DNA of 64,000 nt from assembly GCA_018675975.1 (NCBI GenBank), contig JABGXB010000003.1, forward strand, positions 267,821 through 331,820, given 5' to 3'. The stretch is from Candidatus Woesearchaeota archaeon. Lineage in GTDB: Archaea > Nanobdellota > Nanobdellia > Woesearchaeales > JABGXB01. Position 1 is the first letter of the stretch. The number at the start of each line of letters is the position of its first letter. The notes under the pieces were generated by a model. That model did no database searches. It saw nothing but the letters and a program-made list of their open reading frames with translations, and had not been told where the DNA came from. Below are positions 1 to 9,414 of this stretch, piece by piece. The translations under genes were made by a program, and so were the position numbers.

Positions 1-88
1 AATTAAAAAAGAAATATTGACTTTAAAAATAATTATATTCTTAAAACTAAATTAATAGAATTATTTGATTTTTAAAATATAAAAAAAA

Positions 89-98
89 CTTATAAATT
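89..98 (+). promoter_or_regulatory. Candidate archaeal TATA box (cttataaatt) upstream of the bolA-like gene
   Basis: The sequence cttataaatt lies about 20-25 nt upstream of the ATG at 118. The same cTTATAAAt word recurs at a similar distance before many other starts in this window. Confidence 0.4.
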
Positions 99-117
99 CC
101 ACACTAAATCAACAAAT

Positions 118-345
118 ATGATTACAATAGAAGAAATTAAAAATAAATTAGAAAACAGTATGCCTAATGCAATAATTGAAATAAGTAACCCACAAGAAGA
201 TGGAAGACATTTTTTTGCAAAAATAATATGGGATGAATTTGAAAACAAAACATTAGTTGAGCAACATCAATTTGTTTATGAAATTTTAAAAGAAGAAATG
301 AAAGAACAAATACACGCATTAGGATTGGACACTAAATCAAAATAA
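118..345 (+). CDS. bolA: BolA-like protein
   Basis: The 75 aa ORF has a BolA-type C-terminal pattern (HFFAKIIW...LVEQHQFVYEIL...IHALGLDT). It sits directly upstream of a monothiol glutaredoxin, the classic BolA partner. Confidence 0.7.
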   Translation: MITIEEIKNKLENSMPNAIIEISNPQEDGRHFFAKIIWDEFENKTLVEQHQFVYEILKEEMKEQIHALGLDTKSK

Positions 346-357
346 AAGGTTAAAAAA

Positions 358-666
358 ATGGATGAACAAGTTAAAACAAAAATTGAAGAATTAATTAAAT
401 CTAAAAAAGTATTTTTATTTATGAAAGGAACACCTGAAGAACCAGACTGTGGATTTTCAGCAAGAGTAATAGAAGTATTAAATCATTTTAATATAGAGTA
501 TTTAAGTTTTGATATATTAGAAAATGAAGAAATTAGACAAGGAATAAAAGAATATTCAAATTGGCCAACAATCCCACAATTATACATTGATGGAAAGTTT
601 GTAGGCGGTTGTGATATTATTGAAGAAATGGCAAGAAGTGGAGAATTATCTAAACTATTAAATTAA
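358..666 (+). CDS. grxD: Monothiol glutaredoxin (Grx4/GrxD family)
   Basis: CGFS active-site motif (PDCGFS), WPTIPQLYIDGKFVGGCDI glutathione-binding region, and about 100 aa in size. Confidence 0.9.
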   Translation: MDEQVKTKIEELIKSKKVFLFMKGTPEEPDCGFSARVIEVLNHFNIEYLSFDILENEEIRQGIKEYSNWPTIPQLYIDGKFVGGCDIIEEMARSGELSKLLN

Positions 667-715
667 TATTTTAAAGTCAATAAATCTTTATAATTAAATT
701 ATGTCTTAATTTCAT

Positions 716-1189
716 ATGGATATTCTTTGGAAAAACTTATTTAAAAAAAGAAACAATAATTCAATTAGTACAATTATAAAAAATGTCGATTTATTTAATG
801 AATTATCAAAAAAACAAATAAAAGAAATAATTAATTTAGGTCATGTTAGAAACTATAAAGAAAATGAAATCATATTTAATAAAAATGAACAAAGTTTTGG
901 AATGTTTATCATATTAAAAGGTCAAGTTGAGATTTATATAAATAAAAATAATAAAAAACAAATAATTGACAATTATAAACAATCAGAATATTTTGGAGAA
1001 ATCTCATTAATTGATAAAAATATAAGAAAAGTAAATGCAATAGCAAAAAAAGAAACAAAATTGTTTTATGTTTTTGGAGAAGATTTTAAAGAACTATTAA
1101 ACAAAAATAAAGATATTTCAATATTATTCTATAAAAATCTTACAAAAAATTTAATTGAAAAATTAAATTATCTGGAAAAATTATTATGA
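716..1189 (+). CDS. Stand-alone cyclic-nucleotide-binding (CNB/cNMP) domain protein
   Basis: CNB-domain pattern: LFNELSKKQIKEI, GMFIILKGQVEI, YFGEISLIDKNIRKVNAIA. Its stop overlaps the start of the next gene (ATGA). Confidence 0.7.
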   Translation: MDILWKNLFKKRNNNSISTIIKNVDLFNELSKKQIKEIINLGHVRNYKENEIIFNKNEQSFGMFIILKGQVEIYINKNNKKQIIDNYKQSEYFGEISLIDKNIRKVNAIAKKETKLFYVFGEDFKELLNKNKDISILFYKNLTKNLIEKLNYLEKLL

Positions 1190-2244
1190 ATCCTATAAAT
1201 TTAAATAAAAAAATATGGTTAAATTTATTTTTAATTTTAGTCTTTATAACAATATTAGGATATATTTTTTTTCAATTTATTTCAATATTTGGATATGTAT
1301 TAATAGGGGTAATATTAAGTTATATATTAAATCCAATTGTAAAAAAAGTTGAAGCATTAGGATTTTCTAAAAAACATGCATTTAGTATAATAATTACAAT
1401 AAGTTTAATATTCATAATTACTGCAATGACAATTGCAATTCCTTTAATAAATCAAGAAGTTAATTCTCTCTCTAATAAATGGCCAGAAATAAAATCCAAA
1501 ATTAATAATCAAATTCTAACTGAAAAAATAAATAATAAAAATGAATCTACATATTATTTTCCACTATTAAATATTGAAATTGCTAAAAGTAATATAGATG
1601 GATTTTTATTAGATTATTCTTCACAAATAAATATATTTGCAAAAAATTTAATTTCAGTAATATTTAAATTAATTTTAATAGTACCAATTGTAACATATTT
1701 TTTAATCATAAAAAGAAGAAAAATCAAAAAGAAAATATTTCAATTAATTCCAAATAAATATTTTGAAATTATTTTTGCAATGGTAAAAGAAATAAATAAA
1801 TCCATTGAAAATTATATTTCAGCAAAAATAATTCAAGCAGTTATAATTTCAGTTTCAGCTAGTATTGGTTTTATAATAATAAATTTAAATTTTCCAATAT
1901 TTTTAGGAATATTTGTAGGTCTTGCAAATATCATACCTTATATTGGACCATTAATTGGAGCTATACCAGCAATACTTATTGCATATTTATTTTTTGATAC
2001 AAAAATAATTATATTTGTCTTAATTTTATTATTAATCGTACAATTAATTGACAATTTTATAATTCAACCAATAATATTACCAAAATTAGTTAATGAACAT
2101 CCAATTGTAGTTATAGTTATTACATTAATTGGAGCAGAATTATTTGGCCCATTAGGGATGATTATGGCATTGCCAATTTTTATAATAATTAAAATAATAT
2201 TATTAAAAAGTTATATTGCTCTAGACTTCTTATATTCTAAATAA
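1186..2244 (+). CDS. AI-2E family transporter (PerM/UPF0118-like membrane protein)
   Basis: A 352 aa polytopic membrane protein with the typical AI-2E layout and the motif ANIIPYIGPLIGAIPA...DNFIIQPIILPK. Confidence 0.8.
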   Translation: MNPINLNKKIWLNLFLILVFITILGYIFFQFISIFGYVLIGVILSYILNPIVKKVEALGFSKKHAFSIIITISLIFIITAMTIAIPLINQEVNSLSNKWPEIKSKINNQILTEKINNKNESTYYFPLLNIEIAKSNIDGFLLDYSSQINIFAKNLISVIFKLILIVPIVTYFLIIKRRKIKKKIFQLIPNKYFEIIFAMVKEINKSIENYISAKIIQAVIISVSASIGFIIINLNFPIFLGIFVGLANIIPYIGPLIGAIPAILIAYLFFDTKIIIFVLILLLIVQLIDNFIIQPIILPKLVNEHPIVVIVITLIGAELFGPLGMIMALPIFIIIKIILLKSYIALDFLYSK

Positions 2245-2273
2245 TAAATTAAAAGTACTTGATTAAATAAAAA

Positions 2274-2283
2274 CTTATAAATA
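2274..2283 (+). promoter_or_regulatory. Candidate TATA box (cttataaata) for the inserted small ORF
   Basis: Consensus-like TATA word about 20-25 nt upstream of the ATG at 2304. Confidence 0.4.
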
Positions 2284-2303
2284 ATTTAACAATTAATTTT
2301 TAT

Positions 2304-2582
2304 ATGGGAGATAAATGGTATAATTCAGGCATTTCAAATTATATAAGTCAAGGCGTAGCATATTCTTTAATATTTGGAACTCTAATATTAGGAGGCGGTT
2401 CTTGTTACAGACAAAATGTAATTGCAGAAGCCGAGGCTGAAAGAATTAAAAGTGGAAGTTATATTATCCGTCAGGGTGACTTTAATAAAAACGGTAAAAG
2501 AGAAGAATTTATTGAAATAAGAAATAAAAAGTTTTTCTCAATGATTGATGGAATAGATTTAGAATCAAAATTAAAAGAATAA
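2304..2582 (+). CDS. Hypothetical small membrane-anchored protein (cassette between duplicated AI-2E 3' ends)
   Basis: The 92 aa ORF has one hydrophobic segment (VAYSLIFGTLILGGG) and its own TATA-like element. I recognise no family. Confidence 0.4.
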   Translation: MGDKWYNSGISNYISQGVAYSLIFGTLILGGGSCYRQNVIAEAEAERIKSGSYIIRQGDFNKNGKREEFIEIRNKKFFSMIDGIDLESKLKE

Positions 2583-2597
2583 AACTTTTAATTTTAC

Positions 2598-2671
2598 TGC
2601 CAATTTTTATAATAATTAAAATCATACTATTAAAAAGTTATATCGCCCTAGACTTCTTATATTCTAAATAA
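2598..2671 (+). pseudogene. Orphan duplicate of the last 24 codons plus stop of the AI-2E gene
   Basis: The 74 bp at 2598-2671 match 2171-2244 with 4 mismatches. All four are synonymous in the AI-2E frame (both read LPIFIIIKIILLKSYIALDFLYSK-stop). There is no upstream coding continuation. Confidence 0.8.
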
Positions 2672-2744
2672 AAAAATATTATTTTTTAATTGCTTCAAAA
2701 CTAATATCACATGGTTGTTCAAATCTATTAATTAAATAGGGATA

Positions 2745-3734
2745 CTATTCATCTAATGATTCAACATCAGAAATACGTTCAGTTTCTAAAAAAATACTAT
2801 GCTTATCTTTACCATATTTACCATAAAAACCTTTAGTATTTTTTATGAGTTCAAATGACATTGGGTCTGCATCATTTACTTTATTTTCCTTAAAAAACAC
2901 ATTTTTTTTATCTTTAGCAAAAAAACCACCCACAACTTGAAATGTTTCACTATCTGCTTCCGAAATTAAATTCGAATAACTATAAACATGATTTTTATCT
3001 TTTGCATACCCATATTCTAAAACTTCAAAAGTTTTTATATCTGCATTTGACAATATGTTATCATAATGATAAATTCCAAAATATTTTTTATTAAACCCTT
3101 CTGAAAGTTCAATACCAAAACTAAAATTTATATTTAAAAAATATATCACTATAAATAAAATAGTTAATCCAAAAATTATTTTTTTAATATTTTTTTCTTT
3201 AATTAAGATTTCACCTAGATTTTTGATAAAAAAAGATGATATTGCATTTGCAATTATAAATATAAGTAAAATAAAAATAGGTCCAAGAACAAGTATTATA
3301 GGTCCAAGAACAAACATTAAAGCACCAAGATTAATTAATGAAAGTTTAATTAATCTTTCAATTATCGTATTTTGAAAATAAATAGATAATATCATGGCCA
3401 TAATCATTATAAATAAAAAAAATATCATTACCCTAGAAAAAAATAATTTCAAAGATGTTTTGATTTTTTTTTTTTCATCAAAAGGAACATCTTGTAATCT
3501 ATATGCTTGGTATATACTAACAAAGATAATAATAAAAAATGCAATTCCAACAACTAAATTATGTAAACCCGCTTCATAAGGAGTTCCAAAAAAAGTCCCA
3601 TATAATAAATCAAAAAAAACAATAATAACTACAATTATTAATCCAACAATTAATCCTTGTGAAAAAATATTTAAATTTTTAAAATATATCAAATTAGAAT
3701 TTTTTTGTAATTTAGAATTATTAACTTGATCCAT
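2745..3734 (-). CDS. Membrane protein with C-terminal DKNYY-type repeats
   Basis: The N-terminal half has multiple TM segments. The C-terminal part repeats YAKDKNHVYSY / FAKDKKNVFF / YGKDKHSIFL, resembling the DKNYY family. Confidence 0.6.
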   Translation of the reverse strand: MDQVNNSKLQKNSNLIYFKNLNIFSQGLIVGLIIVVIIVFFDLLYGTFFGTPYEAGLHNLVVGIAFFIIIFVSIYQAYRLQDVPFDEKKKIKTSLKLFFSRVMIFFLFIMIMAMILSIYFQNTIIERLIKLSLINLGALMFVLGPIILVLGPIFILLIFIIANAISSFFIKNLGEILIKEKNIKKIIFGLTILFIVIYFLNINFSFGIELSEGFNKKYFGIYHYDNILSNADIKTFEVLEYGYAKDKNHVYSYSNLISEADSETFQVVGGFFAKDKKNVFFKENKVNDADPMSFELIKNTKGFYGKYGKDKHSIFLETERISDVESLDE

Positions 3735-3923
3735 AATATTAAAAACTAAATTAGATTATATAAAGCTAATCAAAAAAAATAGAGTATCACCCACAATAAT
3801 TAATAAATGGTTATTTTTTTTATGAATTCTTTTTAATTTTTTATTATTAAATAAATTACTATAAAAAGAAATATTGTTGATAAAATAAACCCACAATTAA
3901 ATAATCTGTTTTACAAATATTAA

Positions 3924-4442
3924 TTATAAATTATTAATTGGAACCTCTAATATGATGAGTTCTAATTTTTTATTCTCCGGTTGAGAATTTTTTCTATTAA
4001 AATGTACTAGAGTTTTCTTATTCGTAGTTTCTCGAAATCCCATTTTTTTAAAATAATTTAATGAAACTTCATTCCTAGAAGAAATTTGCTCATATATAGC
4101 CTTTAAATTTGAATATTTATTTTTTAAGTCATTAACAATTAAATCAATTACTTTTTTAGAAATACCTTTGTTTTGGTGTTCTGGTAATAAGCCATGAAAT
4201 CTAATCCCTGCGTTTTCAGTATCATCGATTTTAAACAAATAGTAACCCGTTATACCTATTACCTCGTGATTGTCTCTAATAAAATAATTCATACCATTTT
4301 TTTCTTTTATCCAAGTATCAAAAGATGCCTCAATATCTACATAATATTCTGGCTCAAAAATTTGTTTTGCTACATCCATATATTTATGTCTATTGCCAGA
4401 ATTAATCTCCTCGATATTAATTTTCATAATCTTATAATTCAA
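3924..4442 (-). CDS. GNAT family N-acetyltransferase
   Basis: Acetyl-CoA binding motif region HGLLPEHQNKGISKKVIDLIVNDL, followed by the C-terminal YFKKMGF pattern. Confidence 0.7.
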   Translation of the reverse strand: MNYKIMKINIEEINSGNRHKYMDVAKQIFEPEYYVDIEASFDTWIKEKNGMNYFIRDNHEVIGITGYYLFKIDDTENAGIRFHGLLPEHQNKGISKKVIDLIVNDLKNKYSNLKAIYEQISSRNEVSLNYFKKMGFRETTNKKTLVHFNRKNSQPENKKLELIILEVPINNL

Positions 4443-4558
4443 TATATTCTTATAAACATTAGCATAAATAAATAGACCTTCATTTATTGCTTTTTCTCCT
4501 TTTTAGAATTTAAATTTATCTATTATCTAAAACGAAAAATAAATAATTCTTGAAAAGC

Positions 4559-4568
4559 CTTATAAATA
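4559..4568 (+). promoter_or_regulatory. Candidate TATA box (cttataaata) for the HTH-suf operon
   Basis: Consensus-like TATA word about 20-25 nt upstream of the ATG at 4589. Confidence 0.4.
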
Positions 4569-4588
4569 ATAAGTAAACTATAGTTAAC

Positions 4589-4969
4589 ATGGAGCTATTA
4601 TTACCACAAGAAGTAGAAGTACATTATATTATTCCAACTATTAGAAAATATTTTGCACATTATTTAAATCAAAATGGAATGAACCAAACTGAAATTTCTA
4701 AAATTTTTGGAATTACAAAATCTGCAGTATCACAATATTTTAGTAAAAAACGTGGAAATAAAATTACATTTCAAAAAGATTTTGTAAAAGAAATAGAAAT
4801 TGCAACAAAACAAATCACAGATAAATATACTTTTATGTATCAAATGCAAAAATTATTATTAAAATTGAAAAATGATTATTCAATTTGTACAATTCATGAA
4901 CAAATTAATCCAAATTTAAATAATTGTAATCCAGAATTGGTTGGATGCCACTTTAGAAAAACAAAATGA
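4589..4969 (+). CDS. HTH transcriptional regulator with C-terminal Cys/His cluster, translationally coupled to sufB
   Basis: HTH segment NQTEISKIFGITKSAVSQYFSKKRG. The C-terminus reads CTIHEQINPNLNNCNPELVGCH (3 Cys plus His). Its stop overlaps the sufB start (ATGA). Confidence 0.65.
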   Translation: MELLLPQEVEVHYIIPTIRKYFAHYLNQNGMNQTEISKIFGITKSAVSQYFSKKRGNKITFQKDFVKEIEIATKQITDKYTFMYQMQKLLLKLKNDYSICTIHEQINPNLNNCNPELVGCHFRKTK

Positions 4970-6360
4970 GTAAATTAGATTTTGAACCGAATAGAGAAGT
5001 TTATGATAAAAAAGTAAATTTCAAAAAGAATATTGAAACTTCACCTGGACTAAGTGAAGATATTGTTAGATTAATCTCTAAACAAAAAGAAGAACCTGAA
5101 TGGATGTTAAAAAAAAGATTAGAAGCATTAGAATTATTTGAAAAAACAGAATTACCAAAATGGGGACCGAGTTTAGATATTCTAGATTTTGATCAAATTA
5201 AATTTTATGTTGATCCTAATACAAAAGAAACAAATTCTTGGGATGAAGTACCAGATGAAATAAAAGAAACATTTGAAAGATTAGGAATACCAGAAGCAGA
5301 AAGAAAAGGTTTAGCTGGAGTTGGTGCACAATTTGATAGTTCAATGGTTTATCATAATTTAGAAAAAGCATTAAAAGATAAAGGTGTGATTTTTGAAAAT
5401 ATGGATGTTGCAGTAAAAAAATATCCTGAATTAGTAAAAAAATATTTTATGAAACAATGTATTCCAATAAATGATCATAAGTTTATTATGTTACATGCAG
5501 CAGTATGGTCTGGTGGAACTTTTATTTATGTTCCAGAAAATACAAAAGTGGAATTACCATTACAAGCATATTTTAGAATGAATGAAATTATGGGTGGACA
5601 ATTTGAACATACTTTAATTATTTTAGAAAAAAATGCAGAATTACATTATATTGAAGGATGTAGTTCACCAAAATATTCAAAACAATCATTACATGCAGGT
5701 TGTGTTGAAATAATTGTAAATGAAGGAGCAAAGATGCGTTATTCATCAATAGAGAATTGGTCAAAAAATGTATACAACCTAAACACAAAAAGAGCAATTG
5801 TACATAAAAATGCAAAAATTAATTGGGTTAATGGAAATATGGGAAGTTGTAAAACAATGTTATACCCATGTAGTATATTAATTGGAGAAGGGGCAAGTTC
5901 AGATAATTTAGGAATTGCTTTCGCTGGTAAAAATCAAGATCAAGATACGGGAAGCAAAGTTATTCATGCTGCTAAAAATACAAGTTCTACAATAAAAGCA
6001 AAAAGTATTAGTAATTTTGGAGGAATTTCAAGTTATAGAGGACTAGTTGAAGTTAATAAAAATGCAATTAATACTAAAAGTAGTGTAGAGTGTGATGCGT
6101 TAATTATAGATGATAAATCAAGTTCAAACACATACCCGTTTATGAAAATTAATAATAATAAAATAAATATTTCTCACGAAGCAAGTGTTGGTAAAATAGG
6201 CGATGAACAAATTTATTATTTAATGTCAAGAGGATTATCTAAAGAACAAGCAATTCAATTAATTGTTGGTGGATTTATTGAACCGATTAGTAAACAATTA
6301 CCATTAGAATATGCAATTGAATTAAATAAATTAATTGAATTAGAAATTGAAGGTATGTAA
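4966..6360 (+). CDS. sufB: Fe-S cluster assembly scaffold SufB
   Basis: The 464 aa protein carries typical SufB blocks (GVGAQFDSSMVYH, AAVWSGGTFIYVP, HEASVGKIGDEQIYYLMSRGL). Confidence 0.95.
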   Translation: MSKLDFEPNREVYDKKVNFKKNIETSPGLSEDIVRLISKQKEEPEWMLKKRLEALELFEKTELPKWGPSLDILDFDQIKFYVDPNTKETNSWDEVPDEIKETFERLGIPEAERKGLAGVGAQFDSSMVYHNLEKALKDKGVIFENMDVAVKKYPELVKKYFMKQCIPINDHKFIMLHAAVWSGGTFIYVPENTKVELPLQAYFRMNEIMGGQFEHTLIILEKNAELHYIEGCSSPKYSKQSLHAGCVEIIVNEGAKMRYSSIENWSKNVYNLNTKRAIVHKNAKINWVNGNMGSCKTMLYPCSILIGEGASSDNLGIAFAGKNQDQDTGSKVIHAAKNTSSTIKAKSISNFGGISSYRGLVEVNKNAINTKSSVECDALIIDDKSSSNTYPFMKINNNKINISHEASVGKIGDEQIYYLMSRGLSKEQAIQLIVGGFIEPISKQLPLEYAIELNKLIELEIEGM

Positions 6361-7473
6361 ATGAAAGTAGATCAAATTAAATTAAATGCAGAAAATTATT
6401 ATAATAGCACTAAATTTGAAACTATAAAATATGGAATAGGAATTAATGTAAATTTAAATAAATTAAATATTGATAAATTAAAATTCAATAATAGTAAAAA
6501 TAAAATAGATATAATTGCAAATAAAAGTGTTAAAATAATAGATTTTTCTAAATTAAAAACAGAAATAAATTATATTAATAAATTAATAAAAGAAGATGAA
6601 AATAAAATAATCTCATTACATTTTTCTAGGTTTAATAGTGGAAAATTAATAATCATACCAAAAGACACAATCATAACTGAACCAATTATAATAAATTCTG
6701 ATTCACAAGATGAAACTGATTTATATAATATAATAATTATAGCCGAAGAATCTTCAAAAGCAAATATAATTGAAATATCAAAATCTAATAATAAAACTAA
6801 ATTAAAAAGTAATATAATACAAATATTTGCAAATAAAAATAGTAATATCAAATATAATTATATTAATTTAAATGATAAAAAAACTAATTGTTTTAATATA
6901 AAAAGATCAGAAATAAAAAAAGATGCAAATATTGATTTCTTAGACGTTAATTTAGGATCAAATTTTAATCAAAATAGTAATAAAACATATTTAAAAGAAA
7001 GTGGAGCAAATACAAATAATTATGCAATTTATTTTACAAATGAAAAACAAAATTATGATATTGATATAGAAAATATACATGATGGTTCAAATACTAATAG
7101 TAATATAATATCAAAAGCAATATTAGATGACGAATCCAAAATAATTTATAGAAGTAATATTAATGTAAATAAAAATTGTAAAAGATGTAATGGACATCAA
7201 AAAGAAAATACATTATTGATAAGTAAAGATTCAAAAATTGATGCAGTTCCTATGTTAGAAATAAATAATGAAGATGTTAATATTAGTCACGGTGTAACAA
7301 TTTCTGATATTGAAGAAGAAAAATTATATTATTTAAAATCTAGAGGATTAGATGAAGAACAATCTAAAGAAATAATTATTAGAGGATTTATTAATGAATT
7401 AATTGACAAAATTGAAGATAAAAACATTTTACAATTAGTTGAAAAAGAAATAAATAAAAAATTAAAAAAATGA
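6361..7473 (+). CDS. sufD: Fe-S cluster assembly protein SufD (divergent, Asn/Ile-rich)
   Basis: A SufB/D-family C-terminal beta-helix with ISHGVTISDIEEEKLYYLKSRGL. It lies immediately after sufB. Confidence 0.8.
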   Translation: MKVDQIKLNAENYYNSTKFETIKYGIGINVNLNKLNIDKLKFNNSKNKIDIIANKSVKIIDFSKLKTEINYINKLIKEDENKIISLHFSRFNSGKLIIIPKDTIITEPIIINSDSQDETDLYNIIIIAEESSKANIIEISKSNNKTKLKSNIIQIFANKNSNIKYNYINLNDKKTNCFNIKRSEIKKDANIDFLDVNLGSNFNQNSNKTYLKESGANTNNYAIYFTNEKQNYDIDIENIHDGSNTNSNIISKAILDDESKIIYRSNINVNKNCKRCNGHQKENTLLISKDSKIDAVPMLEINNEDVNISHGVTISDIEEEKLYYLKSRGLDEEQSKEIIIRGFINELIDKIEDKNILQLVEKEINKKLKK

Positions 7474-8663
7474 ATGAAAAAGATTTTCCAATATTAAAAA
7501 GAAAAATAAATGGACATAATTTGGTTTATTTAGATAATGCTGCAACTACACAAAAACCAAATCAAGTAATCGATAGTCAAATTGATTATTATAAAAATTA
7601 TAATTCAAATGTACATAGAGGAATACATCAGTTAAGTGAAGAATCAAGTAAAATGTATCATGATGCAAGACAGACAACGGCAGATTTTATTAATGCTAAA
7701 TTTAATGAAGTAGTTTTTACTGCTGGAACAACTGATGGAATAAATATGATTGCTAATAGTTTAAAATCACAATTAAAAAAAGGTGATGAAATCATTTTGA
7801 GCGAAATGGAACATCATTCCAATATTGCTCCTTGGATTAAAATTGCAAAAAAAAAAAAATTAATATTAAAATATATTCCATTAAAAGATTTTGAACTAGA
7901 TTATAAAAAAGCTAAAGATCTAATAAGCGAAAAAACAAAAATAATTGCAATTTCACATATATCAAATGTATTAGGTACTATAAACGATATATCAAAAATA
8001 AAAACAATGATAAAAAATAAAAATATTATTTTTATTTTAGATGCAGCACAAAGTGTTCCACATATAAAAATTGATGTGAAAAAATTAGATATAGATTTTT
8101 TGGTATTTTCTTCACATAAAATGTGCGGACCTACAGGTATTGGAGTTCTTTATGGAAAAGAAGAATTATTAGATAAATTAGAACCAAATCAATATGGTGG
8201 TGGTGCAGTTGAAATAGTAAATAAAGATAATTTTACTTTAACAGAATCACCATTTAAATTTGAAGCTGGAACTCCAAAAATTGCACAAGCCATTGGATTT
8301 GCAAGTGCTATTAAATATTTAAATCACATTGGAATGGATAAAATTGAAAAATATGAACATGAATTATATGAATATGCACATAAGAAAATAAAAGAAATTA
8401 AAAATATTACATTATATGCACCTAAAAAAAATAGAAGTTGTTTAATTTCATTCTCAATTAAAAACATTCACCCTCATGATATTAGTGAAATATTAAATCA
8501 AAAAGGTATTGCAGTTAGAAGTGGTAATCATTGTGCACAGCCATTAACACAAGCAATCAATGTTAATAATACAACAAGAGCATCATTTTATTTTTATAAT
8601 AATAAAAATGATGTAGACAAATTAATTGAAGGAATTAATTATGCAATAAAAATATTGAGTTAA
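7470..8663 (+). CDS. sufS: Cysteine desulfurase SufS (class V aminotransferase)
   Basis: Motifs YLDNAATTQKP, the PLP-lysine context FSSHKMCGPTGIGVLYG, and the catalytic Cys context RSGNHCAQP. Confidence 0.9.
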   Translation: MNEKDFPILKRKINGHNLVYLDNAATTQKPNQVIDSQIDYYKNYNSNVHRGIHQLSEESSKMYHDARQTTADFINAKFNEVVFTAGTTDGINMIANSLKSQLKKGDEIILSEMEHHSNIAPWIKIAKKKKLILKYIPLKDFELDYKKAKDLISEKTKIIAISHISNVLGTINDISKIKTMIKNKNIIFILDAAQSVPHIKIDVKKLDIDFLVFSSHKMCGPTGIGVLYGKEELLDKLEPNQYGGGAVEIVNKDNFTLTESPFKFEAGTPKIAQAIGFASAIKYLNHIGMDKIEKYEHELYEYAHKKIKEIKNITLYAPKKNRSCLISFSIKNIHPHDISEILNQKGIAVRSGNHCAQPLTQAINVNNTTRASFYFYNNKNDVDKLIEGINYAIKILS

Positions 8664-8664
8664 A

Positions 8665-9414
8665 ATGGATTTAGAAATTAAAAATTTATGTGTAGAAGTA
8701 GAAGGAAAAGAAGTATTAAAAAATATTAATATGAAGTTTGAAAAAGGTAAAACTTATGCTATCATGGGACCTAATGGAAGTGGTAAAAGTAGTTTAGCAA
8801 ATACTATTTGTGCAAACCCAAAATACAAAATTACTAAAGGGAAAATTATTTTAAATGGAAAAGACATTACAAAAACAACCCCGGATAAAAGAGCAAGATT
8901 AGGTTTATTTTTATCTTTTCAATATCCTGAAGAAATACCTGGAGCAAGCCTTACAAATTTTTTAAGAATGGCATATAATAATTTACATGAAGAAAAATTA
9001 AATCCAATGAAATTTTTAAAATTATTAAAAGAAAAAATGGCTGAATTAAAAATGGCAGATACATTTAGAAGAAGGTATTTAAATCAAGGTTTTAGTGGGG
9101 GAGAAAAAAAAAGATGTGAAATTTTACAATTAAGTATATTAGAACCAAAATTTGCAATTTTAGATGAAATTGATAGTGGATTAGATGTAGATGCTCTAAA
9201 AATAGTTTGTGATATGATAAATAAAATTAGAAATAACAAAAAAGAAATGACAACTACTCTTATTACACATTATAATAAAATATTACAATATATACATCCA
9301 GATAAAATTTATATTTTATATAATGGAAAAATAATAAAGGAAGGTCAAAAAGAATTAGCCATTGAAATTGAAAATAATGGTTTTGAAAATATAATAAAAG
9401 AAAATGATAAGTAA
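8665..9414 (+). CDS. sufC: Fe-S cluster assembly ATPase SufC
   Basis: Walker A GPNGSGKSS, ABC signature FSGGEKKRCEI, and Walker B AILDEIDSGLD. Confidence 0.95.
   Translation: MDLEIKNLCVEVEGKEVLKNINMKFEKGKTYAIMGPNGSGKSSLANTICANPKYKITKGKIILNGKDITKTTPDKRARLGLFLSFQYPEEIPGASLTNFLRMAYNNLHEEKLNPMKFLKLLKEKMAELKMADTFRRRYLNQGFSGGEKKRCEILQLSILEPKFAILDEIDSGLDVDALKIVCDMINKIRNNKKEMTTTLITHYNKILQYIHPDKIYILYNGKIIKEGQKELAIEIENNGFENIIKENDK

Noticed and set aside
3394-6851. Short ORFs at 3394-3579, 4194-4475, 5618-5815 and 6570-6851
   Set aside because: Each is antisense to a longer gene with recognisable motifs or topology (DKNYY membrane protein, GNAT, sufB, sufD). All have low-complexity translations.
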